From Camelus ferus (taxonomy: Eukaryota), in the NCBI RefSeq assembly GCF_009834535.1, contig NC_045696.1:39310001-39374000 (forward strand): a DNA stretch of 64,000 nt. The letters are read 5' to 3'. The translations under genes and the position numbers were made by a program. The notes under the pieces were generated by a model. It ran no database searches. It was not told the origin of the DNA and saw only the letters and a list, made by a program, of their open reading frames with translations. Each line of letters begins with the position of its first letter. Position 1 is the stretch's first letter. Shown piece by piece: positions 1 through 14,105 of the stretch.

Positions 1-292
1 TCTATATGACTATATACTGCTCAGTTTTGTCTGAAATGGTATATTAACTTTAAGCAAATTTTTAAAAGAGCTAAGAATGTATACTGTAATCCTAAGAGCA
101 GTCATACACATATACACACACACACATAAACAAGCAGAGAGGTATAGAAAAAACAGACATTACAAACATAAGACAAATAGTAAAATATAAGACATAAGTC
201 CAATCCTATTAATAACTAATTAAAGATAAGTGGACACCAAGTACTCACATAAAATGACAGAGATTCTTTCAACAGATTATCAAAAAGCAAGA

Positions 293-2160
293 GAGGATTC
301 TGGAAAGATGGTAGGAGCACCAGAAATCTTTCTCCCTACCTAAACAAAAATTGCACTGGCAGAATCTAATAAAAATACTATGGAACTATTAAATCCATTA
401 AAGGCTTGTAACTTCCAAGGAAGGTTTGGACAGTAAATTGTGGTTAATTTTGGTCAGTTTCAGCTCTTAGCTCAGTCACCTATCCCCTACTCCATGGCAG
501 GTAGCTGTGTGTGTGTTCCTGGAGCAGCTGGCAAACATGAAGGAGCAAGGGCAGGCAAAATGGATCCTGTTATCCAAATATTGGGGATTTGTGCAGTGAT
601 TGCTGATCATGAATTCTGATCACAGAGATAGAGACAAAGAAGAAATGGTCATTTTTGTTCATCTCTAATCATTGTTATAAGCCCATCCCCATTTGACTGA
701 AGTGACATCCAGGGAATTTAAAAGGCTGGCACCCTTTCCCTTCCCTTAATTTTTCTATTTTTCCCCTTTTGGATCCAAAGACTAGTATATCCAAAAGCAA
801 CCACATGTATGGGAAAAATTAGAAAGTTACTATGCATGCCCAGGGAAAGGTGCAGGCTCAGAAAGAAACCTGAAAAGAACTTAAATTCATACTTCAGACT
901 GATCCTCAGTAAAGAGACAGCCTATAACAATGAAAAAACAAGAAACAAAACAAAACCCAAAACTGCAAAGAGCAAACCCTGGAGAAGGTGAGAATTTAAT
1001 TTCCAGAGTTAACACATTATTAGGTCCAAATGCTCAATTTTTAACAAAAAATTATGAAACATACAAGGAAACAGGAAACTATGACCCATTCAAAGAAAAA
1101 AAAATCAACAGAAATTGTCTCTGAAAAAGATCTGATGTCTGATCTACCAGCTAAAGACTTTAAAATGATTGTCTTAAAGATACTTAAAGAACTACAGGAA
1201 GATGTGGAAAAAGTCAAGAAAATGATCTATAAAGTGGAAATATTAATAAAAAGAAACCTAAACAGAAATTTTAAAATTATGGAGCTGAAAAACACAGTAA
1301 CTAAAATAAAAATTCACTAGAGGGATTCAAAGACAGATTTGAATAGTTAGAAGAAATAATCAGTGAACTTGAAAATGGGACAACAGTAATTATCAAGTCT
1401 GAAGAACAGAAAGAAAAAGGTTGAAGAAATGTGAAGAGAGGCTAAGAAATCAATGATAAACCATCAATAAGACCAATATATAATCCTAGAAGAGAAAGAG
1501 AAAGGGGCAGAGAGAATATGTGAAGAAAAAAAAAAAACTGACTCAAAACTTCTGATAATTGATGAAAGACATGAATATAAGCATCCAAGAAGCTCAACAA
1601 ACTCCAAGTAAGATTCGCTCAAAGAGTTTAAGTTAAGACACAAAATCAAACTTCCAACAGCTGAAGACAAAGAGAGAATTTTGAAAGCAGCAAAAGAAAA
1701 GTGACTCATAACATAAAAGGGGTCCCCAGTAAGATTATCAGAATATTTTTCATTAGGAACTTTGGAGGCCAGGAGGCAATGGGCCAATGTAGTCAAAGTG
1801 CAAAAATGAAGAAAACTGTCAACGAATAATTTTACATCTGACCAAATGTCTTCAAAAATGAGGGAGAAATTAAGACATTCCTAGATAAACAAAAACTTAG
1901 GGAATTCATTACCACTAGACCCATGACACAAGAAAGGCTAAAGGGAGTCAGTACTGCAGGTAGAGTAAAAGAACAGTAAATGGGAACTCAAAACTGTTGG
2001 AAGAAATACAGATCTCAGTAAAGATAAATGTATAGACAATTATAAAAGCTATTATTATTGTAACAATGATGCATAACTCTACCTTCTGTTTTCTACATGA
2101 TATAGAGACTAACATTTTTAACTGTTATTTACTAAAAAGTTAGTGTTATTATAACTGGTG
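293..2160 (+). mobile_element. Old L1 5'UTR plus ORF1 fragment
   Basis: Begins ...GGAAAGATGG like an L1 5' end. ORF1p-like peptides (DLPAKDFKMIVLKILKEL, ERILKAAKEK). Embedded in a still older L1 (1-290 and 2160-2880, ORF2 endonuclease remnants). Confidence 0.75.
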
Positions 2161-2440
2161 GCAACCCTCAGAAGAACACAAAAAAAGACAAAGTATATTA
2201 CCAGAAATTAAAAAAAAAACATTTACACTAATAAATGGATCAATTTCTCAAAAAGACATAATAGCCCTCAATGTGTATGACCCTAATAATAAAGAATAAT
2301 GGAGGAAACTGATGGAATCAAAGAGAGAACTAGATAAACCTATTATCTTTATTGAAGATTTTAACATTTCTCTCTCAACAAGTAATAAAACAACTCAACT
2401 AAGTGATAAACAAAATTATAGTTAGAAGAAACAAGATCTG

Positions 2441-2558
2441 GGGTGGGGAGGGTGTAGCTTAAGTGGTAGAGCATATGCTTAGCATGCACAAGGTCCTGGG
2501 TTCAATCCCCCACACCTCCATTAAAAGCATAATTAAATAAATAATTTTTTTTTAAAAA
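2441..2558 (+). mobile_element. tRNA-derived SINE (camelid Vic-1-like)
   Basis: A box TAGCTTAAGTGG, B box GGTTCAATCCC, AT-rich tail, and TSD AGAAGAAACAAGA(T/C)CTG at 2424-2440 and 2559-2575. Confidence 0.88.
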
Positions 2559-2882
2559 AGAAGAAACAAGACCTGAAGAACACTATCAACTTTCTTAACA
2601 TAATTAACAATTTGCAGAACAAGACAACCAATATCATCAGGAAATAGATTCCTTTCAAGATAATCACATGCTGGATTCACATGTCTCCACAAATTTAAGA
2701 GAAATAAAATTATACAGGGTATGTTCTTTATCCATAATGGAATTAAACTAGAAAACAGTAATAAGGTATCTAGAGAAATTGCAAATATTTGTAAATTGAA
2801 AAAGGTACTTCTATATAATCCATGCATCAAAGAATTCACAAGGGAATCTAGAAGAAAATCGAAATTAAATGATAATAAAAGT

Positions 2883-5465
2883 AGGGAGAGGAGCCAAGAT
2901 GGTGGAGTAGAGAGACTCAAAGCTCACCCTCTCCCACAAATACACCAAGAATTATGCCTACAAACCCACAGAATCCAATAGCACACAAAGAACATCATAC
3001 ATCATGATCAAGTTGGGTTCATCCCAGGGACAAAAGGATGGTTCCACATATGCAAATCAACATGATATACCACATCAACAAGAGAAAGAATAAAAATTAC
3101 ACGATAATCTCAATAGATGCAGAAAAAGCATTTAATTAAGTTCAACACCCATTTATGACAAAAACACTTACCAAAGTGGGTATAGAGGGAACATATCTCA
3201 ACATAATAAAAGATATTTATGACAAACCTACAGTCAGCATAATACTCAATGGTGAAAAGCTGAAAGTCTTCCCCCTAAAATCTGGAACATGACAAGGATG
3301 TCCACTCTTACCACTTTTATTCAACATAGTATTGGAAGTCCTAGCCATAGCAATTAGACAACAAAAAGAAATAAAAAGGATCCAAACTGGAAGAGAAAAG
3401 GTAAAACTGTCATTATATGCAGAAGACATGACACTATACATAGAAAACCCTACAGGCTCTACACAAAAACTACTAGAGCTAAAAAAAAAGAATTCAGCAA
3501 GGTAGCAGGATACAAGATTAACACACAGAAATCAGCTGCATTTCTTCACACTAACAATGAAATATAAGAAAAGGAAAGTAAAGAAATCCCTTTTAAAATT
3601 ACGTACAAAAATTAAAATACTTAGGAATAAATCTGATCAAGGAAGTGAAAGACTTATATATGGAGAACTACAAAACACTAAGGAAATTAAAGATGACTTA
3701 AAGAAATGGAAAGATATCCCACTTTCTTGGACTGGAAGAATTAATATTGTTAAAACATTCATACTACCCAAAGCAATCTACAGATTTAATGCAATTTCTA
3801 TCAAATTACCCAGGACATTTTTCACAGAACTAGAACAAATAATCCTAAAATGTATATGGAATCACAAAAGACCCAGAATTGCCAAAGCAATATTGGGAAG
3901 AAAAAGAATGAAGCTGGAGGAATAACCCTCTGAGACTCAGACAATACTACAGAGCTACAGTAATCAAAACAGCATGGTAACGGTACAAAAACAGACATAT
4001 GGATCAATGAACAGAATAGAAAGCCCAGAAATAAACCCACAAATCTTTGGTCAATTAATCTTTGACAAAGAAGGCAAGAACATACAATGGAGTAAAGACA
4101 GTCTCCTCAGCAAATGGTGCTAGGAAAACTGGACAGCTACACGTAAATCAATGAAGTTAGAACACTCCCTCACACCATACACAAAAATAAACTCAAAATG
4201 GCTTAAAGACTTAAACATAAGACAAAACAATATAAACCTTTAAAGAAAACAGTCAAAACATTGTATGACAGAAATCTCAGCAATGTTCTCCTAGGGCAAT
4301 CTACCCAAACAATAGAAATAAGAGCAAAAATAAACAAATGGGGCCTAATTAAACTTATAAGTTTTGCACACCAAAGGAAATCATAAGCAAAACAAAAAGA
4401 CAACATATGGAATGGGAGAATATATTTGCAAGATGAGACTGACAAGGGATTGATTTCCAGAATATATAAACAGCTCATACAACTCAGTAAGAAAAAAACA
4501 AAAAGCCCAATCCAAAAGTGCAGAAGACCTAAACAAGCAATTCTCCAATGAAGACATACAAACGGCCAATAGGCACATGAAAAAATGCTCAATATTGCTA
4601 ATTATCAGAGAAATGCAAATCAAAACTACAATGAGGTATCACTTCACACCAGTCAGAATGGCCATCATTCAAAAGTCCACAAATGATAAATGCTGGAAAG
4701 GGTGTGGAGAAAAGGGAACCTTTCTACACTGTTGGTGGGAATGTAGTTTGGTGCCGTTGTGTAAAACAGCACAAAGATTCCTCAGAAGACTATAAATAGA
4801 CTTACCATATGATCCAGCAATCCCACTCCTGGGCATATATCCAGAGGGAACCTTAATTCAAAAAGATACATGCACCCCAATGTTCGCAGCAGCACTGTTT
4901 ACAATAGCCAAGACATGGAAACAACCTAAGTGTCCACTGACAGATGACCGGATAAAGAAGTTGTGTTGTATTTATATAACGGAATACTACTCAGCCATAA
5001 AAAATAATAAAATAATGTCATTTGCAGCAACAAGGATGGTCCTGGAGAATGTCATTCTAAGTGAAGTAATTCAGAAAGAGAAAGAAAAATACCATATGAT
5101 ATCACTTATACATGGAATTAAAAAAAAAGACAAATGAACTTATTTACAAAACAGAAACAGACTTACAGATATAGGAAACAAACTTATGGTTACTGGGCGG
5201 GGGGAAGGGAGGAGGAAGGGATAACTTGGGAGTTCAAGATTTGCAGATACTAGCTACTATATATAAAATAGATAAACAACAAATTTATACTGCATAGCAC
5301 AGGGAACTATATTCAATATCTTGTAGTAACTTATGGTGAAAAAAGAATATGAAAATGAATATATGTATGTTCATGTATGACTGAAGCATTGTGCTGTACA
5401 CCAGAAATTGACACAACATTGTAAAATGGCTATTTTTCAATAAAAAAATATATAAGGAAAAATAA
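2883..5465 (+). mobile_element. Young L1: short 5' terminus joined to the RT and 3' half of ORF2, 3'UTR and A-rich tail
   Basis: GGAGCCAAGATGG 5' end, then HDQVGFIPG and YAEDM (the F/YADD equivalent), [19 protein letters not shown], and a 3'UTR shared with other young copies in the window. Confidence 0.92.
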
Positions 5466-6945
5466 AAGAAAATAGAAAGACAGACCCCAAATCTGAAAAG
5501 AAGTAGTTAAAATGCTGTTGTTTGCAGACAACATGATCTTACATATAGAAATCACCAAAGACCTGACATAAAATCTTTTAGAAATAATAAGCAAATTCAG
5601 TATCACTGCAAGATACAAAATCAATATACAAAAATCAGTTGTATTTCTACACACTATTAACATATAAAAGAAAGAAAGAATAAGAAAAATATCTCATTTA
5701 CAACTGCATTACAAAACACCTAGAATAAAAGATAAAGGAATCAATTAAAGCAAGGAGGTAAAAGACCTATAAAATGTAAGCTATAAGAAACTGGGGGAAA
5801 ATTAAAGTTGACACAAATAAATGGAAAAAATGCTCAAGGAACACAGATTGGAAAAATTAATGTTGAAATGTCCCATACTACCCAAAGCAACCTACAGATT
5901 CAAAGCAATCCCTATTAAAAATTCCAATGGAATTTTTCAAGAAACAAACAATCCTAAAATGCATATGACATCATAAAGGACTTCAAGTGTCCAAAGCAAT
6001 CCTGAGAATGAATGAAGGTGGACATACCATGCTTCCTTATTAGAAAATATACAGTACAATGCTATAGTAATCAAAAAAGCATATTAATGGCATAAAAGCA
6101 GACACAAGTCAAAACAGAGAGTCCAGAAACAAACCCATTCATGTACAATCAATTAATTTAAAACAAAGGGACCAAAAGTATAAGATGAGGAAAGCTCAGT
6201 CATTTCAATAAATGGTGCTGGGAAAACTGGACAGCAACATGGGAAAGAATGAAGGTGGACCACTATCTTATACCATACAAAAAATTTACTTGAAATAGTT
6301 TAAAGAACTGAACATAAAACCTGAAACCATAGAACTCCTAGAAGAAAGTATAAGCAGTAAGCTCCTGACATTGATCTTCATAGTGATTTTTTGGATTTGA
6401 CACTAAAAGCAAAGTACAACAAAAGCAAAACTAAACAAGTGCGACTAAATTGAACTATAAAACACCTGCATAGCAAAGAAAGCCATCAACAAAATGGAAA
6501 GTCAACCTACTAAATGGGAGAAAATATTTGCAAATCATGTATCTGGTGCAGGGTTAATATTCAAAATATATAAAGAACTCTTACAACTCAGTAGTGAAAA
6601 ACCAAACAATCATTAAAAAAATGGGCAGAGGAGTTTAACAGATGTTTTTCCAATGAAGACATAACAGTTGGCTAAACAAGACAAAATATGAAATGGTGCT
6701 CAATATCACTAATCATCAGGGAGATGCCACAATCAAACCACAATGTGTTATAACCCCTTACTTGTTAGAATGGCTATTATCAAAAACCCAAGAATTACAA
6801 GTATCGGTGAGACATAGAGAAGAGGAAACACTTGTATCATGTTGGTGGGAATGTAAATTGGAACAGTCACTATCAAGAAGTATGGAAATTTATTTAAAAA
6901 TTAAGAACAATTACTTTATGATCCAGCAATTCCACTTTTAGGTCA
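5466..6945 (+). mobile_element. Older L1 ORF2 3' half
   Basis: Decayed LFADNMILYIE ... CWWECKL homology. Confidence 0.85.
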
Positions 6946-7499
6946 ATTAGTTAATTAGTTACTGCTTCCATTTGTGTTAAAATTCATGAGACTCCCCCCA
7001 GTTTCAGAGATATTTTATAAACATAATTTGTATTTTTTTCTTTTTCCATAGCTTAATTTTTTTTTACATAGCACTTATACTCAACTGGAATTGTTTTTAG
7101 AATGCAATAAACTGAGAATCAGTTTGATTTTTTATAGCTAACTAGTCATTCCAAAAGCATTTATTAACTAACTCTTCTCTTATTCATTGATTTATTATGC
7201 CTCCATTTTGCTCATGCACAATCATACACTCATATGCACACGCATAAACAGAAAGGCCTACTTCAAGCCTATGTAATCTGCACAACAAAACCATGACAGT
7301 CCCAACCCATAAACTTACATTCTAGTAGGGAAAAGAGAAATTTTTAAATGCTGTTAAACTAAACAGTAGTAAGTATTATAATTGGGGAAGACTCTTCATC
7401 CTCTACGCAGTCTAAATATTAGGATTCTATGAGATTCAGCTGTAAGAGTCTCTATTCTATTCTTCCTATTCTTTTAAATGACTCCACCTATTTTTAGAC

Positions 7500-7950
7500 T
7501 TTTAAAACCATCAATACGAAGATGATTCAGAATGTATATTTCCAACTCTGACAACTCCTCTAATCTCCAGACTTATGCACTGAACTGCCAAGCAGGACAG
7601 TGTTATCTGAACACCTCAAAAACATCTCAAATTTATCATGATCAAACAGCAACTCTCAAACTGTCCAACAAAAATGGTTTTCCCAAGTCTTGTCACTCTT
7701 GATTTCTGCCACTCCCACCAGCTGAGTAAGAAATTAGAGGTCATCCGCCATCTCCTGCTATCCCATCCGAACTTTCACAAGAACTGTTAACTGTCTCTGA
7801 ACTATCTGAAATGTGCCCAAATTTCTCCATTTACATGAATTCACATAATTCCATGTTGCCATCATCTCTCACCCAAACAGTATTAATAGCTAAGACTGGT
7901 CTCCCTTACTGCTGTCCTTGTCTTCTTAATCATCATTCAGAAAATAATTT
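7500..7950 (+). mobile_element. Probable L2 fragment (paralogous copy at ~58570-58990)
   Basis: Resembles the L2 3' region (CATCTCAAATTTATCATG...; GCCATCATCTCTCACC...AATAGC). Confidence 0.5.
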
Positions 7951-8719
7951 TTAAATATTACTAACAGTTAAATTCTAAAATGAGTAATATCCTGCCCTTC
8001 AAGAATATGCATTTTCAGATAAACAACTGCCTAAATTTTAGCTATTTCCATGAAAATTTATCTTTATAGTTCCTAATGTCAATTGTAGACATTAATCTAT
8101 TATGGTTGATGAATACCTATTTTTTAAACACCTCCATATTTCTCTCACCTTTGACAGTATATGAATATTTTCGATAATTTGATATTCAGTTTTTATTAGG
8201 GATGTGCAAATACTTTTCATAGCTATGCTTATATTTTCTTTCCTGTATGACTGTGGCATTATTTCTAAGTTAATAAAAACTCCTTTTGCTCAGTTAGATC
8301 CATCATGTGTCTATCAGATATGTTCCTTAAAAACTCAACTTTATTATGTAATCTTTTGTTCTTTTTTTATCCTAGAGACTTTCTCCTGGTGCCCTCCATC
8401 CTCCTGCTCCTGCCTGGAGAGGCTGCCCGCTGGGCCTGGCACTCAGCTGTCCTGCTGAGACCTTCCTTTGCTGACTCCCTGTGCTGGATACTCTTGTTTC
8501 CAAACTCTCTATATTGCTCTTCATGGTTTATTCTCTAACTTTGCTAACAAATCTTGATTGTCTCTTTGGCAGACAAATTTTGTAGTCTAGATGTGCTACA
8601 AATGATCTTTGTTCTTTCCTCATTCATGATTAATAGTTTGATTTCCATAGAATCCTAGATTTGAAGTATTTTTCATTTTGAATGTTGAAGGCATTTTCCC
8701 TTCATACTCATACTTCATA

Positions 8720-8945
8720 CATATTTTCTTTTTCCTACCTTTTCCATCTCTTCCCTTTTCCACCCCTTCACTTTTCCATCCTTTTTCTTACCCATTCCTC
8801 TCCATTTCTTTTCCATCTCTTCCCATCCTTTTTTCATGCTTCTCTCCTCTCTCCTTGACTCCCCTTCCACCCATCTCCTTTTCTCTTATCTCTCCTCTCC
8901 CTACGTAACTCCCTTCTTCCTTTGTTCTTTTCCTCTTTCTTTCAC
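8720..8945. repeat. Polypyrimidine low-complexity tract (paralogous tract ~60880-61095)
   Basis: Almost pure C/T sequence at the equivalent position in both duplicate copies. Confidence 0.85.
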
Positions 8946-9714
8946 TCTGAAGATTCAAATCTTTACTTCCTCAACAAAGTCAAACCTGAGGGTACATAAC
9001 AGATATAATTCACATAAGAAAAGCAGAATAAAACCTAATTACCAGTTTTTAGAATAATAAGTTCTTTTCCTAATATCCTATGAAGATTGACATATTAAAA
9101 TTATCATTATGAACTCATTGATTTTAATATATTGTATCTTAAATACTTATCCTTACTATTCATTTTAATGCCAAAATTGTCTTATCTTTGGCGAGTAGGA
9201 CTTCAACTCAAAAACCTTAGCATGGTTCCTAAATCCTTCTGATATGACCATAGAAGTCTGTGATACATTTCCTGTTCTCTGGTGTAAGATGTTTATCTTA
9301 ATTTTGCACATTTCCTGCCTCAGAATGGGAATTAGTTTTCCACAGGGGTCCTAGGAGCCTAGTTTCCGGTCTTTGTATGTGAGTATACAAAGACACACAT
9401 ATACTTTGTGCTTTGATTACCTTCCTTTGGAAGTGAGATTGCCTTTCTACATAGGTATGGATCGTGTTTATCTAACTTGAAGACTAATACTTTTACTTTT
9501 ACTAAGACATATCTTAGGGTTACTTTTTCTAGGTCAAGTATGAGTATGTTTCAAAATGTACATTAAAGTCTTCTGTCAATCCCCAAATTTCCTTGAATTA
9601 CAGTTTTAAATATAAATTTGTTACATTATTATTTTCCTTTAGGGGCTCCAATTTTTGTGGGGTATATCCCCCTTGCTAATTTGCCATACTATCATATGCT
9701 CTGTCTCTTATTCC

Positions 9715-10137
9715 TTTTTATTCCTTCTTAAATATTGTATTAGTTTCAGGTGTACAACATAGTGATTCAGTATTTTACAGATTATAATGCATATGTTATA
9801 AGATATTGGCTATATTCTCTGTGCTGTACAATATATCTTGTAGATTATTCATTTTATACATAATGGTCCATACCTCTTAATCACCTATCCCTGTCTTGCC
9901 CCTTTTTCCTCCCCTTTCCTCAACAGTACAAACAAATATGCTATCTATATCAGTGAATCTGTTTTTGTTTTGTTATACACATTAATTTGTTTTATTTTTT
10001 AGAGTCCACATATAAATGACAACATACAGTATTTTCCTCTTCTCTGATTTGTCTCACTATGAATAATACCATCCAGGTCCATCTATATTGTTGCAAACAG
10101 CAAAATGTCACTCTTTTTTATGGCTGAATAATATTCC

Positions 10138-10175
<38 letters not shown>

Positions 10176-10545
10176 GTGTGTGTGTGTGTGTATACATCAT
10201 ATGCTTTATCCTTTCAGCTGCTGATGGACAATTAGGTTGCTTCCATATCTTGACTACTATAAGTAGCCATGTTGCTATTAAAATTGGTATGCATGTACAT
10301 TTTTGAATTAGTGTTTTTGTATTCATCAGATATATACCCAGCAGTGGAATGGCTGGACCATATGGTACTTCTATTTTTAGTATTGTGAAGAATCTCTATA
10401 CTGTTTTCAGAGTGGCTGCACCAATTTACATTCCCACCAATAGTGTACAAGGGTTCCCTTTTCTCCACATCCTTCCTAACGTGTTATTTGTGGTCTTTTT
10501 GATGGTAGACATTCTGACACAAGTGTAAGGGGATATCTCACTCTT
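9715..10545 (-). mobile_element. L1 3' end containing a (TG)n microsatellite (10140-10192)
   Basis: Reverse-strand ORF2 C-terminus (KIWKQPNCPS) and 3'UTR. Confidence 0.85.
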
Positions 10546-10654
10546 TTTTTTAAATGTGTCAATTAAAAAAATCTTTTAATCTGCAAATTTCATATTCAAA
10601 ATCCAGATTTTCACTTTTTCTTGAATACTAGGAAGGCCGGCACTGTTGGATCTT

Positions 10655-11315
10655 TTTTCTTTTTCTTTTTTTTCTTTTTTATATTTTTATAGAAGTACAG
10701 TCAGTTTACAATGTTGTGTCAATTTCTGGTGTACAGCATAATACTTCAGTCTTATAGGAACATACATATATTCGTTTTCATATTCTTTGTCACCATAAGT
10801 TAGAAGATACTGAATATAGTTCCCTGTGCTATACAGTATAAACTTGCTGTTCATCTATTTTATATATATTAGTATCTGCAAATCTCGAACTCCCAATTTA
10901 TCCCTTTCCATGCCCTTCCCTCCCTGGTAATCATAAGTTTCTTTTCTATGTCTGTGAGTCTGTTTCTGTTTTGTAAGTTGAGGGGTTTTTGTTTTTGCTG
11001 TTTTTCTATTTTTTTAAATTTCATTAAAGTACAGCTGAAAACAAACTTATGGATACCAAAGGGGAAGGGAGTAAGATAAACTGGGAGGTTTGGAATTAGC
11101 AGATACAAACTACTATATACAGAATAGATAAACAACAAGGTCACAGTGCATACCACATGGAAGTATATTCAATAACTTGTAATAACCTATAATGAGAAAG
11201 AATATATATATATATGTATATGTATATAATATATATATGTATAGTCACTATGCTATACACCAGAAACTAACACAACACTGTAAATCAACTATACTTAAAT
11301 TAAAGAAAAAAAGAT
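10655..11315. mobile_element. Two short L1 3' ends back to back (minus ~10655-10985, plus ~11035-11315)
   Basis: Both match the young L1 3'UTR (AAACAAACTTATGG...GATAAA(C/T)TGGGAG...), each with its own A-tail pointing outward. Confidence 0.75.
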
Positions 11316-11479
11316 GTCTAGGCTAATTTTGTGTATTTCCTGCCTCATAATGAGAATCAGACACTTTTTCAGGCAGGCCCTGTAAGCCTAGTTCACTAGG
11401 TTCTGGTCTATATTTCCTCTGAATCTTTTCAAATATTAAGAAAATATTTCCTACTTCAGTGGTAACATACACACAAAAC

Positions 11480-11514
<35 letters not shown>

Positions 11515-13089
11515 ACACACACTTTTTGTCTTGATTTCATTTCTTTGGAAGTGAAACTGCCTTTCCACATGGAGGTGCAGGTCATTTTTCTTTAACCTGA
11601 AGATTAATACTTTCACTTTTACTAGGACATATCTTAGACTTCCTAATTCTGAACCAAGTATCACAAGAGTGTTTCAAAATATATAGTAAAGTCTTCTGTT
11701 GTTCTCCAAATTTCCATAGATTATAATTTTAAATATTATTTTTGTTTCATTGTTATTTTCCTTCAGTGCATCCAATGATTTGTGTGATGTATCATCCTTG
11801 CTAATTTTCCATACTATTCAATTCTCTTTAATTCCTTTTTTTATGGAAGTTTGTTTGATGTACAGTATTATGTTAATTTCATGTGTACAACATTGTGAGT
11901 CATTATTTTTATAGATTATAGTCCATTTAAAGTTGTTATAAAATATTGCCTATATTTCCTGTGTAGTACAATATATCACTATAGCTTATTTATACATAGT
12001 TAATCCTTTAACCCTATCTTAATCATGCCATTTCCTCTACCACTAGTAACTACTAGTGTTCTCTACATCAGTGAGTCTGTTTCTGTTTAGTATATTCATT
12101 AATTTGTTTTATTTTTTTATATTCTACTTATAATTTGCTTTAACCTCACTGTCTCACAGGGCATCTTTATATATGCTGGTGATGAATCTCCCTACAGAAA
12201 TACATTGATGTCGGTGCCAGGAAACCCCTTAGGATTTAATAGAAAATTTTAAATTAGTACAGTAAGGAACATAATTATTGTCTCTGACCTATTTGTAGTC
12301 ACCCACATTTTCATTCTTTTAATCCCAAATGTTTTAAAAACGAAGGTTTATATTCTGAAATTCTATGAGACCTAACACCATAAATGAAACAAGAGGTGTT
12401 ACAAAACTCTTTTCAGTGAAATCTAACTAAGGCAAGTACTCTAATTTATTTTTCACTTCTAATATTAGTATTCATGAATATTTATTTATCAAAGGAATTA
12501 AGCATTTTTAATTGTTGTTAGATTTCAACTACTCCATTATTTTTCCAGCTTTTCCCCAAACTGAAGGCTCTGGAAAAAGTAGGATGAGATTGACACTTCA
12601 ATTCACTCTGAACTTTTCTGATTAAGGAGAACTTCAAAATACAAAGGTAGGGACACAAGTAATTCTGTTAAATAATTCAGGCACTTATATGGAACGTTTT
12701 TTCTAGCTAGGCTGAATAAACAGTTATATGTCCTATTTTTAAACAAATAAATAAAATTTTCAACAAAGGGCCTTTATTTTGATATGAAAAAATAAATTCA
12801 TTTTGACCACAGAATTAGTATGACTAAACACATCAGTCTTTATTCCTACTGGATCACTAAATAACAGTAAAAGATAGCCATTTAAAGGAAGACAAAATGT
12901 GTTTTCAAAAGCTGGATTAATATTTAAATGGTATTTCCTTTTTGAAAGTGTTGGAAAACTAAAGTATAAAGGCAAGCTTACTTTTATTAGCTTTGAATCT
13001 ACTGTAACATACTTCAGAAAATCTTACATAATTTTCTTAGAAACAGAAAAATAATAGATGAGTCAATTCATATAAAAGATACCACATTT

Positions 13090-14105
13090 TTTATTTAAAA
13101 AATACATCATTGAAATATATCTGATATTGAAATATATTTGACATATAACACTGTGTAAGTTTAAGGTATTAAACATGTTCAGTTGATACATTGGTATATG
13201 GCAATATGACTGCCATAGTAGCATGAGTTAGCACATTATCATGCAATATATTGTCATTTCTTTTTTGTAGCGGGAGTAATTAGGATCTTGTCTGTTAGGA
13301 ATTTTGATGATTATAATAAAATATTGTTGTCTATATTGAGTATAATTCGCGTTAGATCTACAGACAGATCTATTAGGTGCAAGTTAATGTCCTCAAACAT
13401 CATTCCAATTCCTCCACCCCTGGCATTTTACTCTGTTTTTATGAGCTTGGCTTTTTCAGATCCACATGTAAGTTACATCATACAGTATTTGTTTTTCTCT
13501 GTCTGACCTCTCTCATTTAGCATAACATCCTTGAGGTCTACCCATGTTGTCACAAATGGAAGGATATCCTTCTTTCTCATGGCTGAATGTGTACTTTCAT
13601 CCATTCTTCCTATGATAGGCACTTAGGTGCTTCTCTTTCTTGGCTACTGTGACTAATGCTGCAGTAAACACAGGAGTGCAGCTATCGCTTTGATAATCTG
13701 TTTTCAATTCCTTTGAGTACATACCCAAAAGTGGAAATGTGAGAACATATACTAGTTCTATTTTTAATTACTTGAGGAACCTCCATATTGCTACCCATAC
13801 TGACTAAATCAATTTAAATTCCCACCAACGGTGTTTTTCCTCCATATTCTCAGCAACACTTGTAATATTTTGTCTTTTTGATGCTAGGTATTCTTACAAA
13901 TGTGAGGTGATATATCATGGTTTTAATTTGCGTTTCCCCAATGATTACTAACGTGAACATCTTTTCATGTGTCTGTTGGACATTTGGATGTTTTCTGGGG
14001 AAAAGTTCTTTTTATTCCTCAGCCCATTTTGAAATTCATTGTTTATACATCTAGCATTGAGTTGTCTGAGTTTCTTAAATATTTTGGATATTAATCCTTA
14101 ATTTT
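13090..14105 (-). mobile_element. Old L1 (L1MA-like) 3' end
   Basis: Reverse-strand L1 3'UTR and ORF2 C-terminal homology. Confidence 0.75.

Larger units (their letters stand above)
7301..10060 (+). repeat. Diverged direct duplication, copy A (copy C ~58351-62420; partial copy B ~11320-12130)
   Basis: Shared colinear unique-looking blocks, for example ACTTACATTCTAGTAGGGAAAAGAGAAATTTT, AAGTATTATAATTGGGGAAGACTCTTC, CAAACCTGA...AATTCACATA and TCCTTCTGATATGACC. Confidence 0.92.

Noticed and set aside
2441..2520. tRNA-like sequences here and at 26732 and 61790
   Set aside because: They have TSDs, A/T-rich tails and degenerate stems, so they are SINEs rather than tRNA genes.
8678..9057. F/S/P/L-rich ORFs (also 60693-61102)
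   Set aside because: Translation artefacts of polypyrimidine tracts.
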